From positions 1,856,001 to 1,920,000 of the forward strand of contig CAXXSR010000001.1 in assembly GCA_963662615.2 (NCBI GenBank): 64,000 bases of DNA. Direction: 5' to 3'. Positions 19,375 through 28,469 of the stretch are shown here, in pieces; the stretch's first letter is position 1, and every line of letters begins with the position of its first letter. Origin of the DNA: Dehalococcoidia bacterium (GTDB lineage Bacteria; Chloroflexota; Dehalococcoidia; Bin125). Both the position numbers and the translations under genes were made by a program. The notes under the pieces are model-generated. The model searched no databases and was not told the origin of the DNA. It was given only the letters and a program-made list of their open reading frames with translations.

Positions 19375-20166
19375 TTACACCACCGCCGCCATCCCCCCAT
19401 CGATGTTGACCGCCGTCCCGGTGATGTAACTCGCCCGCTCCGAAGCAAGGAAGCAGATCACATCGCCGGCTTCGTGCGCCTCGCCCACCCGCCCCAGCGG
19501 AACCCGCCGGCCCATCTCGTCGTACCACGCCTCGACCGTCAGCTCCGGCCGTTCCGCCTTCGCCCGCTCGAAGCGCCGCTCATGCTGCCCGCTCTTGAGC
19601 AGCCCCATGCACACCGTGTTCACCAGGATGCCGTGCTCCGCGGAGTCCTTCGACAGCGCCTTCGTCAGCGCAATGCCCGCGGCCCGCGACAGCGACGTGG
19701 GCAAGGAGCCGCCCGGCGCGGCCTTCCCGGCTGGGGTGGTGATATTCACGATCCGCCCCCAGCCCGCGGCGCGCATGTGCGGCAGCGACGCGCGAATGCA
19801 GTAGATCGCCCCATACACCTTGAGCTGAAGGTCGCCCGTCCACATCTCATCCGTCACGGCCTCAAAAGGCGCCGCGGCACTCGTCCCCGCGTTGTTCACC
19901 AGGATGTCCAGCCGTCCCCATTCGTCCACGACCCGTTGGACCAACCGTTGCACCGCGGCCTCCTCGCGGACGTCGCATTGCACCGCCAGGACCGACCCTC
20001 CCGTCGCCGACCGAATCTCGGCGGCCGCCCGCTCCAGCACCTCCAGCCGACGCGCGCACACGGCCACCCGAGCGCCCTCCGCGGCCAGCGACCGCGCCGC
20101 CGCTTTGCCGATCCCCTCACTGCCTCCCGTTACGATCGCGACCCGATCAGTCAAGCCCAAGTCCAT
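19375..20166 (-). CDS. SDR family oxidoreductase
   Basis: TGGSEGIG, LVNNAG, C-terminal 'ASYITGTAVNIDGG'; atypical catalytic motif (TSLSR). Confidence 0.92.
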   Translation of the reverse strand: MDLGLTDRVAIVTGGSEGIGKAAARSLAAEGARVAVCARRLEVLERAAAEIRSATGGSVLAVQCDVREEAAVQRLVQRVVDEWGRLDILVNNAGTSAAAPFEAVTDEMWTGDLQLKVYGAIYCIRASLPHMRAAGWGRIVNITTPAGKAAPGGSLPTSLSRAAGIALTKALSKDSAEHGILVNTVCMGLLKSGQHERRFERAKAERPELTVEAWYDEMGRRVPLGRVGEAHEAGDVICFLASERASYITGTAVNIDGGMAAVV

Positions 20167-20340
20167 TTCGCCTCCTCCCGGTCACCCCCGGCTCACGGCG
20201 CCGGGAGGTCGCTGTAGGGTATCGCTCTGCGCCACATCGCAGGCCCAGCCCCGATACTATCGACGGCGACTTGACCGACGGCGCAGCGCCGCCATGTCGC
20301 GGTCATCATTCGGCGCCGCCAGAACTCCCGGAGGGCTGCC

Positions 20341-21213
20341 ATGCCGCAGGCAACTGTGAACGGCCTCAAGATCACCTACGCCGAGACCGGCGCCGGCTTC
20401 CCCCTGGTCTGGTGCCACGAGTTCGCCGGCAGCATGGAGAGCTGGGCGCCTCAAGTCTCCTTCTTCTCCCCGCACTACCGCGTCATCACCTACAACGCGC
20501 GCGGCTACCCGCCCTCCCACGTCCCCACCGACCCCCACGCCTACAGCCAGGACCGCGCCGTGGAGGACCTCTACCAACTCCTCCGCTCCCTCGACATCCG
20601 GCAGGCCTACGTGGGCGGGCTCTCCATGGGCGGGTCCACCGCGCTGCACTTCGGGACCCAGCACCCGGACATCGCCCGCGCCCTGATCGTCGCGGCCACC
20701 GGTACCGGCAGCACCGATCCCGTCCTCTTTCGCCAGCAGTGCGAAGCGGTCGCCCGGCGCATCGAGAACGGCGGCATGGCGGCCATGCAGGAGTACGCCG
20801 CCGGCCCCACTCGCGTGCAGCTGCGGCGCAAGGACCCCGCCGCCTGGGAACAGTTCGCCCAGCGTTTCGCCGCCCACTCCCCCGTCGGTTCCGCCCTCAC
20901 CATGCGCGGCGTCCAGGCCCAGCGGCCGTCCATCTTCGACTGCCGCGACCAGCTCCGCGCCCTCGACCTGCCCACCCTGATCATGGCTGGCGACGAAGAC
21001 GAGCCCTGCTTGGAGCCCGCGCTCTTCCTCAAGCGCAACCTCCCGCGCGCCGGCCTCGTCCTCTTCCCGCAGAGCGGCCACGCCATCAACTTGGAGGAGC
21101 CTGACCGCTTCAACCGGGCCGTGCTTGACTTCCTCACGGCGGTGGAAGCGGGCGCCTGGGCCCAGCCAGAAGAGAGCAGCGGCGTGGGCTTCCTGACGTC
21201 CTCCCCGCCCTGA
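20341..21213 (+). CDS. Alpha/beta-fold hydrolase
   Basis: 'HEFAG', 'YNARGY', GLSMG nucleophile elbow, 'GDED', 'SGH'. Confidence 0.92.
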   Translation: MPQATVNGLKITYAETGAGFPLVWCHEFAGSMESWAPQVSFFSPHYRVITYNARGYPPSHVPTDPHAYSQDRAVEDLYQLLRSLDIRQAYVGGLSMGGSTALHFGTQHPDIARALIVAATGTGSTDPVLFRQQCEAVARRIENGGMAAMQEYAAGPTRVQLRRKDPAAWEQFAQRFAAHSPVGSALTMRGVQAQRPSIFDCRDQLRALDLPTLIMAGDEDEPCLEPALFLKRNLPRAGLVLFPQSGHAINLEEPDRFNRAVLDFLTAVEAGAWAQPEESSGVGFLTSSPP

Positions 21214-21325
21214 CCGGCGACCCCACAAGACTTCGGTCCAACATCGTCATGGCACGGCGGCTGAGGCGGCACCGCGGCTTAGGTGGCACCGCGGCAGCGG
21301 CGTCCCAAGGCGCCACCTCGCCCGC

Positions 21326-21331
21326 TATACT
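21326..21331 (+). promoter_or_regulatory. Possible -10 element (TATACT) for LLM gene
   Basis: AT-rich hexamer in GC-rich intergenic DNA 190 bp upstream of the start; no clear -35. Confidence 0.35.
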
Positions 21332-21352
21332 CGTGCCCCACGACGCCCCATC

Positions 21353-21456
21353 GTCGGGTGGGCGCGTGGGTCGGGGGCGGGCGTGGGTCGGGCGGTCGGG
21401 TGGGCGCGTGGGTCGGGCGGTCGGGTGGGCGCGTGGGTCGGGCGGTCGGGCGGTCG
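21353..21456 (+). repeat. G-rich ~25-bp tandem repeat with G-quadruplex potential
   Basis: About four copies of gtcgggtgggcgcgtgggtcgggcg with many GGG tracts. Confidence 0.85.
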
Positions 21457-21520
21457 CGCGATCCGGCGCCCCGCCCTGCAGCGATGCCGGCGCAACGCGC
21501 GCACAGGAAGGAGCCTGACC

Positions 21521-22912
21521 GTGCTTGAACTGGGAGTGTTTCACAACGGCGCCTCGGATCTGCCCACCGTGATGACGCCCGACGGGGTCGTCGTGAGCGA
21601 CGGCACCTTGGACGAGCTGCACGAGAGCGACCAGCGCGTGACTATCAACCAGGTGCGCCATGGCGTCCTCGCCGACCAGTTGGGCTTCAACTACTTCTTC
21701 ATGACGGAGCACCACTTCCAGCCGGAGGGGGTCGAGCTGAGCCCCAGTCCCATCCTCATGGAGACGGCCATCGCCGCTCGAACCAGTCGCATTCGCTTGG
21801 GGCAGTTGGCCAACATCCTCACTTGGTGGCACCCCATCCGGCTCGCCGAGCAGGCCGCCATGCTCGACGTCATCAGCGGCGGCCGCCTCGAATTCGGCAT
21901 GGGCCGTGGCTATCAGCCGCGCGAGACGGAAGTGCTGGGCGGCGTCATGGGCGCCACCGTCCAGGATCAGGAGCGCAACCGCGCCTACTTCGAAGAGGCC
22001 TACGAGATCATCATGAAAGCCTGGACGCAGCCGTCGTTCGGGCACCACGGCCAATTCTTCAACCTGCCCCCCAGCTACACCAGTTGGAATCACAAGCAGA
22101 CCATCGCCTACTTCAACCAGCCCAAGGTCGATCATGATGTCAATGACGTCCTCAGCTTCGGTCCACCGGACATGTACTCGCAGGGCAGCCCGGTCCTGGC
22201 CACCACCACCACGCTCAAAGAGATCAGCATCTTCCCGCGCCCGTTGCAGCGACCGCATCCTCCGCTCTGGCTGGCCGTCACCAGCAACCGCTCCATCGAC
22301 TGGGCCGCCAAGCGCGGCATGAACTGCTTCACCGTCGTGGAGCCCACCTCACGCATCAGGACGAACGTGGAACGCTACTACGAGTCCTGCGAGAAGGCGG
22401 GCTGGCCCGACCGGCTCGACCGTGGGCGCTTCAAGTTCGGCTGGGACGCCGAAAAACGACGCGGCTTCAACACCTGCCGCTATATCCACATCCTCCGGCC
22501 CGGCAAGGAGAAGGAAGACCTCCAGCGCTACAAGGCCGGCCTCGAGCTCCAATGGGACTATTACGGTCCCTTCGGCTTCTCCTCCGTGCTCGCCGAGGCG
22601 GACGAGGAGCTCTATCCCATGGACATGCGTGTCACCGCCGACTTGCTCATGGAGAAGGAAGTCGCCCTCGTCGGCACTGCGGAACAGGTCGTCGAGAAGA
22701 TCCTCAAGTTCAAGGAAGGCATTGGCTACGACGACTTTCTCTTCACCTGCTGGTTCGAGACCGGTGGCTACTCGGGTGACGAGACCGACGAACAGTTGCG
22801 CATGTTCGCCGCCGACTGCATGCCGGCCCTGGCCGACGCCTGCGGCGGCTTGGTGCAAAATCCCGCGGTCGGTGTGGACTTCGCCCCCAAAGGCGCCGCG
22901 CTGGTCTCCTAG
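21521..22912 (+). CDS. LLM-class flavin-dependent oxidoreductase
   Basis: AAGGAG RBS + GTG; 'MTEHHF', 'AARTSRIRLG', 'HPIRLAEQAAMLDVISGGRLEFGMGRGY', 'PLQRPHPP'. Confidence 0.93.
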   Translation: MLELGVFHNGASDLPTVMTPDGVVVSDGTLDELHESDQRVTINQVRHGVLADQLGFNYFFMTEHHFQPEGVELSPSPILMETAIAARTSRIRLGQLANILTWWHPIRLAEQAAMLDVISGGRLEFGMGRGYQPRETEVLGGVMGATVQDQERNRAYFEEAYEIIMKAWTQPSFGHHGQFFNLPPSYTSWNHKQTIAYFNQPKVDHDVNDVLSFGPPDMYSQGSPVLATTTTLKEISIFPRPLQRPHPPLWLAVTSNRSIDWAAKRGMNCFTVVEPTSRIRTNVERYYESCEKAGWPDRLDRGRFKFGWDAEKRRGFNTCRYIHILRPGKEKEDLQRYKAGLELQWDYYGPFGFSSVLAEADEELYPMDMRVTADLLMEKEVALVGTAEQVVEKILKFKEGIGYDDFLFTCWFETGGYSGDETDEQLRMFAADCMPALADACGGLVQNPAVGVDFAPKGAALVS

Positions 22913-23031
22913 GCCTTGGACAGGGAGCGGAGGTGGCGCAACCGATCGCCGCCTCCTCTCCCAGACCAGCGCCGCCTCATGACCGGCTCTGGCTCGGACA
23001 AATCCAACCAACGTCGAAGCCGGGCGGCGAA

Positions 23032-23880
23032 CTACACCGCTGCGTCAAGCAGTGCGTCCAGCGCCGGCGCCGGCTCTACGTCGCGATACTCCCGCAAGCG
23101 CGAATAGACTTCGCCCGCTGCCTCATGGAAGCCGCGCGGCATCCCGGCCGCCTCAAACGTCGCCGCGATCTCCTCCATCTCGCCCACAAATCGCCACGCC
23201 TTCGCGGCATTGTTCCGCACGCGCGTGACTGCGCCCTCCGCCAGCGCCGGCTGCGAGCGTGCCCACTCGGCCGCCAGCGCATCCTGCACCCCCTCCTGGC
23301 GGGCCACCCCCAGGATCGCCAACAGCAACGCCGCCGTGCCCTTCGTGTACGCCGCATACGCCATCTTCAACGCCGACGCCGCGCCCACGGCACCGCCCAC
23401 GGCACCGCCCAGGACGATCGGCTCCAGCCGCCCCTCGCGGAAGCCCGCGGCGACCTCATCAGCGCCCGCGCCGGACAAGTAAAGTCGCGTCGTCCCCGGC
23501 CGAATCGCCGGCGGACCAATGATGCCACCATCGACGAATCGAGCACCCGCCCCTTCGATCCGCCGCCCGATCCGACGCGCCCGTTCCGGCGCAATGGCAT
23601 TCGCGTCCACGTACACGCCGTCGAACCCCACACCCGCCACCTGCTCCGCCACGGCTTCGGCCGCGTCCGGCGGGCAGACGCTGATGATGATCCCGCTTCG
23701 CGCCGCCAGCGCCCCCACCGTGCCGACGTCCATCAAGCCCGCGGCGCCGGCGCGCTCCGCCGTCTGCTCGCTCCGGCCCTCGGATGCCCACAGCGCCGCG
23801 GCGCCACCCTCCGCTGCGTTCGCCCCCACCGTCACCCCCATCGCTCCCGGGTGCAGGACCCCAACCGTCACCTCAGTCAT
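23032..23880 (-). CDS. NAD(P)-dependent oxidoreductase (6PGD/HIBADH-like, DUF1932 C-terminus)
   Basis: 'LHPGAMG', 'SVCPP', 'VDANAIAP', 'VDGGIIGPP', 'ASALKM', 'KAWRFVGEMEEIA'. Confidence 0.88.
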   Translation of the reverse strand: MTEVTVGVLHPGAMGVTVGANAAEGGAAALWASEGRSEQTAERAGAAGLMDVGTVGALAARSGIIISVCPPDAAEAVAEQVAGVGFDGVYVDANAIAPERARRIGRRIEGAGARFVDGGIIGPPAIRPGTTRLYLSGAGADEVAAGFREGRLEPIVLGGAVGGAVGAASALKMAYAAYTKGTAALLLAILGVARQEGVQDALAAEWARSQPALAEGAVTRVRNNAAKAWRFVGEMEEIAATFEAAGMPRGFHEAAGEVYSRLREYRDVEPAPALDALLDAAV

Positions 23881-24117
23881 CACCGCCTCCTCACAGCCAG
23901 GACTATACGCGAACCCAGCTGCCCCACCTCCTCTCTCACAGCCGCGCCGCGGCCCTACCACGACTCGCCCTGCACCGTTGCCACACGCGCCGGCCCCGCC
24001 ACGCTCCAGGGGGCGCCCCCAGGCGGCGCGGCGGCTGGCGCGGCGCATCCACTAGGAGCGCATCACCGCCCGCTCACCGCAGCGACTATGGTGGCATGAA
24101 AGAAAAGGAGGACTGCC

Positions 24118-24543
24118 GTGACTTCCCAGACCATCCCCGCGACCGTCATCAAGCCTCCCTTCACCGAACAGACCGCCCCAGCCAAGGTGCAGGCCGCTGA
24201 AGACGCCTGGAACTCGCGCGATCCGGAGCGCGTCGCGCTCGCCTACACCGAAGACTCGCAGTGGCGCAACCGCGACGAGTTCTTCCGTGGGCGCGAGGCC
24301 ATCAAAGCGTTTCTGCGGCGGAAATGGGCCAAGGAGCTCGATTACACACTGATGAAGGAGCTATGGGCCTTCACGGGCAACCGCATCTCCGTGCGCTTTA
24401 AGTACGAATGGCACGACGCCGGCGGCCAGTGGTACCGCACGCACGGCAACGAGCACTGGGAGTACGACGACGACGGGCTCATGCGCCGGCGCGACATGAG
24501 CGCCAACGACGTCCCCATCGACGCGTCCGAACGCCGGCTCTAG
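24118..24543 (+). CDS. SnoaL-like/NTF2 protein (DUF1348)
   Basis: '[34 protein letters not shown]', 'KELWAF', 'GNEHWEY'. Confidence 0.92.
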   Translation: MTSQTIPATVIKPPFTEQTAPAKVQAAEDAWNSRDPERVALAYTEDSQWRNRDEFFRGREAIKAFLRRKWAKELDYTLMKELWAFTGNRISVRFKYEWHDAGGQWYRTHGNEHWEYDDDGLMRRRDMSANDVPIDASERRL

Positions 24544-24549
24544 CAGCCA

Positions 24550-24649
24550 CGAACGGTACCGTGACGGCGGCGTGAGGGATGAATTGAGGAGCGCGCTCAC
24601 CGCGACGCCTGGAACGTCGCCTCGCTGATCGCTGCCGTGAGGGCGGGCG
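24550..24649 (+). repeat. Direct repeat copy 1 (~100 bp)
   Basis: Ungapped match to 28284-28383, about 12 mismatches by eye. Confidence 0.9.
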
Positions 24650-24863
24650 TTGACCCCACGACCCTCCGCCCCACGGTGGTCTATTGCAGAGCGGTCTGCT
24701 GCATGGCGTTCTCCCTCCCCTTCGCTGTCGCACGGATCGGTGAGCAGAGACCGTCCGTCCGACCTACGATGGGCCCGGACGTGGAGATCCGCAACAATCG
24801 ATCGCCGCAATACCGTCGCATGACGGGGGAGAGCGGTCGCGAGTCCAACGAACGTCCGCAACC

Positions 24864-26681
24864 ATGATGGACACCACGTCTCCCTTGCGCCGAGAGATCG
24901 CCGCCGGCGCAGTCGCCGGCTTGATCGGGGGCGCCGTCTTCGCTCTGGCCATGCAGGAGCGGGGCCTGACGGCGGACGTGACGGGTCTCCTAGGCCTTTC
25001 CTCAAGCGCGGGGGGGCTGAGCCTCCATCTGCTGCTCGGAGCGCTGGCCGGGGCAGGCTTCGGCGCCATCTTTCGCTATCAGCCGCACAGCTACGCGACC
25101 ACAATGACCTCCGGCGTGGTCTACGGGCTCATCGTCTGGATCATCGGGCCACTGACCCTGCGACCCATCCTCGATGGCGTAAGCCCCACCTGGTCGGCCG
25201 ACGATGCCGTTGCCGCCTTCCCGAGCCTGATCGGCCATCTCATGTTCGGTGGTCTCACCGGGCTCGTCTTCCATCTCCTCGCAACGCTCGATCGCAGCCG
25301 CCGTCCGGCCGCAGAGGGGCAGCCGGTCGAAGCCCCGCCGCCCAGGCGCGTTGTGATCCTCGGCGGCGGTTTCGGTGGCCTTGGCACAGCACAGCGGCTC
25401 GAACAGCTGTATCGGCGAGATCCCAGTCTGGAAATCACGCTCGTAAGTAAGAGCAACTATCTGCTCTTCACGCCAATGCTTGCGGAGGTGGCCGCAGGCG
25501 GCCTAGAGGCACAACACATCAGCGCGCCCGTACGGGCAGCATGCCCGCGAACCGAATGCCGGCACGCCGAAGTCGATTCCATCGATGCCGGCGCCAAAGT
25601 CGTGCGACTGCGGACTCGCGGGTCGGTCCGGGCCGCGGCTCTCCCCTACGACCACCTGGTCCTCGCCCTTGGCGCCGTACCGAATTTCTACGGCTTGCCC
25701 GGGCTGCAGGAGCACGCGCTCACTCTGAAAACGCTGGAAGACGCCACGCGACTCCGCAATCACGTCATCGCTGCCTTGGAGCAGGCCGACGCGGAGCGGG
25801 ACGACGCCGAGCGGCGGCGCCTCCTCACGTTCGTCGTCGCCGGGGGAGGCTTCGCCGGAACGGAGACGATCGCCGAGCTGTTCGACCTCGCGCGAAGCGC
25901 GCGGCGCTACTACCCCCACGTGCAGCGCAACGACTTGCGCTTCGTCCTGATTCACTCGGGCGACCGCATCCTGCCGGAGCTCAGCCCGGAACTGGGGACC
26001 TACGCGCTGGACAAGTTGCGGGTACGGGGCATTGAGTTCTTGCTTGGACGCCGAGTCGCCGGCGCAACTGCCGCCGCCGTACTCCTGGACGACGGCAGCG
26101 AAGTGCCCACCCGCACTCTCGTCTGGACCGCTGGAAACCAGCCCAATCCGCTCCTCCAGACGCTTCCCTGCGAGCGCAGCCGTGGCGGGCAGGTCGTCGT
26201 CGACGGCACCCTGCGAGTCCAGGGCCTCAACGACGTCTGGGCCGTGGGGGATTGCGCCCAAATCCCGGACCCCGACTCGGAGGGCCGCTTCTATCCCCCC
26301 ACTGCCCAGCATGCGCTCCGCGAGGGCCGCGTGGTCGCGGAGAATATTTCTGCTGCCTTCGCCGGAAAAGCGTTCCAGGAGTTCCGCTTCCGCACCGTCG
26401 GCACCCTCGTCGCGCTGGGGCACCGCACGGCCGTGGCCGAGATCCGCGGCCGACGGTTCTCCGGCCAACTGGCCTGGCTCATGTGGCGCGCCACCTATCT
26501 CAGCAAGCTCCCCGGCATGGAGCAAAAAGTGCGCGTCGCCCTCGATTGGGCCCTCGATCTCGTTTTCCCGCGCGACATCGTCCTGACCGCGAACGTCTCA
26601 TCCCCCGAAGCGGCGGAACCGGCCGGTTCGATCCGGGCGCCCGAATCGACCGAAGCGCCCGTCGACCACGAGCCGCAGTAG
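24864..26681 (+). CDS. Type II NADH dehydrogenase-like flavoprotein with N-terminal 4-TM His-containing domain
   Basis: GGGFGG, 'FTPML', 'YDHLVLALG', 'GGGFAGTE', 'WTAG', 'GD', 'PPTAQHA'; N-terminal ~140 aa hydrophobic. Confidence 0.9.
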   Translation: MMDTTSPLRREIAAGAVAGLIGGAVFALAMQERGLTADVTGLLGLSSSAGGLSLHLLLGALAGAGFGAIFRYQPHSYATTMTSGVVYGLIVWIIGPLTLRPILDGVSPTWSADDAVAAFPSLIGHLMFGGLTGLVFHLLATLDRSRRPAAEGQPVEAPPPRRVVILGGGFGGLGTAQRLEQLYRRDPSLEITLVSKSNYLLFTPMLAEVAAGGLEAQHISAPVRAACPRTECRHAEVDSIDAGAKVVRLRTRGSVRAAALPYDHLVLALGAVPNFYGLPGLQEHALTLKTLEDATRLRNHVIAALEQADAERDDAERRRLLTFVVAGGGFAGTETIAELFDLARSARRYYPHVQRNDLRFVLIHSGDRILPELSPELGTYALDKLRVRGIEFLLGRRVAGATAAAVLLDDGSEVPTRTLVWTAGNQPNPLLQTLPCERSRGGQVVVDGTLRVQGLNDVWAVGDCAQIPDPDSEGRFYPPTAQHALREGRVVAENISAAFAGKAFQEFRFRTVGTLVALGHRTAVAEIRGRRFSGQLAWLMWRATYLSKLPGMEQKVRVALDWALDLVFPRDIVLTANVSSPEAAEPAGSIRAPESTEAPVDHEPQ

Positions 26682-26685
26682 CGAC

Positions 26686-28167
26686 GTGCGCTACCCCCTG
26701 ATCCGCTCGGACGGCCTGGTCGCTTGGCTCCTCTCCGGTGCCCTGGCGGGGCAGGTCGGCGCTCTCGTCTTCGGCCTCGCCATGTGGGAGCTGGACGACC
26801 TCGATTCGGTCGCGTCGGTGGCCCGCGCCGACGACTCCTTTCTCATAGCCGTCCCGGTCCACTTGGCCATCGCCGCCGTCGTCGGCGCCGGTTTCGGGGC
26901 GTTGGTTTGGCATCAGCGTAGTGGCACGGGCGAGACCTTGCTCTGGGGCCTCACCTACGGCGCCCTCTGGTGGTTTATCGGGCCGCTGACCTTGCGGCCG
27001 CTCTTGGAGGGGAACGCCTTGGGCTGGGATGTGCCCTCAGCGCAGGCGGCCTTCGCTCCCTTCCTCGGACACCTGCTTTACGGCGCGGCCACCGGGCTGG
27101 CGCTCCTGGCGCTGCGCCGGCAGCGCCTCCGCTGGCCAACGATCGGGGCGCTCACACGGGCTGCGATTGCAGGACTCATCGCCCTGTCGATCGTCGGGGC
27201 GCTGCTGAGCGCCCAGGACCGGCTGCACCTTTTTCCCGCAATGTCGCCGGACGCCCAGAACGGGCTTGCCTGGCTGGCCACGCTCGCCATCGGTGGAATC
27301 AGCGGCATCGCGTTCGCCCTGCTCGTCCCGCGCCCGTCGGAGAGCGCCGGCGCCGGGCTCATTCGTGGCGCCATGTACGGCTTCCTGCTCTGGACCGCGC
27401 TCAACCGGACGATCCTCCCGCTGATCGCCGGCGATGGCTTGACCTGGTCGGCGAATGAGGCGCGCGCGGATTTCGCCGCCCTGTTCGCATATCTGCTCTT
27501 CGGCGGCGCCCTGGGGCTCGCCTACCAGTGGCTCGACTCCGCCTGGCGGAACCTTCTCGCCGACGACGTCGGCAACGACGACGAGGAAGGGCCGGGAACG
27601 CGGGGCCTGCGCGCCATTGGGCGGGGCGCGATCGCCGGTGTGGTCGGTGGCCTGATCTTTACCTACGTGATGGTGGAGATCCGCGGACTCGACGACGTCG
27701 CCGACATCGTTCGGGCCGACTCCGAGGCCGCCGGCCTCGCGGTTCACTTCCTGATCGCGGTCATCTGGGGCGTCACCTACGGCCTCTTCTTCCGGCGCCA
27801 AACCTACGACCGTGGCTCCGCCATCGGCTGGGGCGTTTCCTACGGGTTCTTTGTTTGGGTGCTCGGTCCCAACACCCTGATGCCGATCTTGCTCGGATCC
27901 ACGCCTGATTGGACTGCCGACAGCGCCGCCGGCCTGACCGCCAGTCTCGTCGGCCATCTCGCCTACGGCGCCGCTCTGGGCATCACGTTTCACCACTTCG
28001 AAGCACAGCACAGCCCCTGGTGGATGCCGTACCGGGTGGCTGCGGCAGCCCGTGTGGCTCAGAGGCGGGAGCAAGTGCTCACGTCGGCGCCTGCGCTCTG
28101 GGCTCTCGTGGTGATCGTCGGCCTGACCTTGCCGGTCCTGCTCAGCACCGCCGCTCCCGCCGATTAG
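26686..28167 (+). CDS. Polytopic membrane protein of three repeats of the same 4-TM domain
   Basis: Repeated 'GA.AG..G', 'G..YG...W..GP.TL.P', 'GHL.YG..LG'; 4 nt after the upstream stop. Confidence 0.85.
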   Translation: MRYPLIRSDGLVAWLLSGALAGQVGALVFGLAMWELDDLDSVASVARADDSFLIAVPVHLAIAAVVGAGFGALVWHQRSGTGETLLWGLTYGALWWFIGPLTLRPLLEGNALGWDVPSAQAAFAPFLGHLLYGAATGLALLALRRQRLRWPTIGALTRAAIAGLIALSIVGALLSAQDRLHLFPAMSPDAQNGLAWLATLAIGGISGIAFALLVPRPSESAGAGLIRGAMYGFLLWTALNRTILPLIAGDGLTWSANEARADFAALFAYLLFGGALGLAYQWLDSAWRNLLADDVGNDDEEGPGTRGLRAIGRGAIAGVVGGLIFTYVMVEIRGLDDVADIVRADSEAAGLAVHFLIAVIWGVTYGLFFRRQTYDRGSAIGWGVSYGFFVWVLGPNTLMPILLGSTPDWTADSAAGLTASLVGHLAYGAALGITFHHFEAQHSPWWMPYRVAAAARVAQRREQVLTSAPALWALVVIVGLTLPVLLSTAAPAD

Positions 28168-28283
28168 TGCAACGACCGCCGCCAGCACCAAGCCCGCCAC
28201 CGCCACCGCCACCGCCACCGTCAACGCCTCGGGTTGCTCGCGCCGGGATGGGCTCCACCGTGCTCCCCACATTCCCCGCGCCG

Positions 28284-28383
28284 CGAACGGTACCATGACG
28301 CTGGAGTGAGGGATCAACCGAGGATCGCGCTCACCGCGACGGCTGGAACGTCGCCTCGCTGATCGCAGCCGTGACGGAGGGCG
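28284..28383 (+). repeat. Direct repeat copy 2 (~100 bp)
   Basis: Matches 24550-24649. Confidence 0.9.
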
Positions 28384-28469
28384 CGCGTCCGCTCATGGCC
28401 ATGGCGCCAATCGTGAGCGGCGCTTCCAGTTCGCCCTCCTCACGGCCGCCCGAACCTGGAGGTCGAAGA

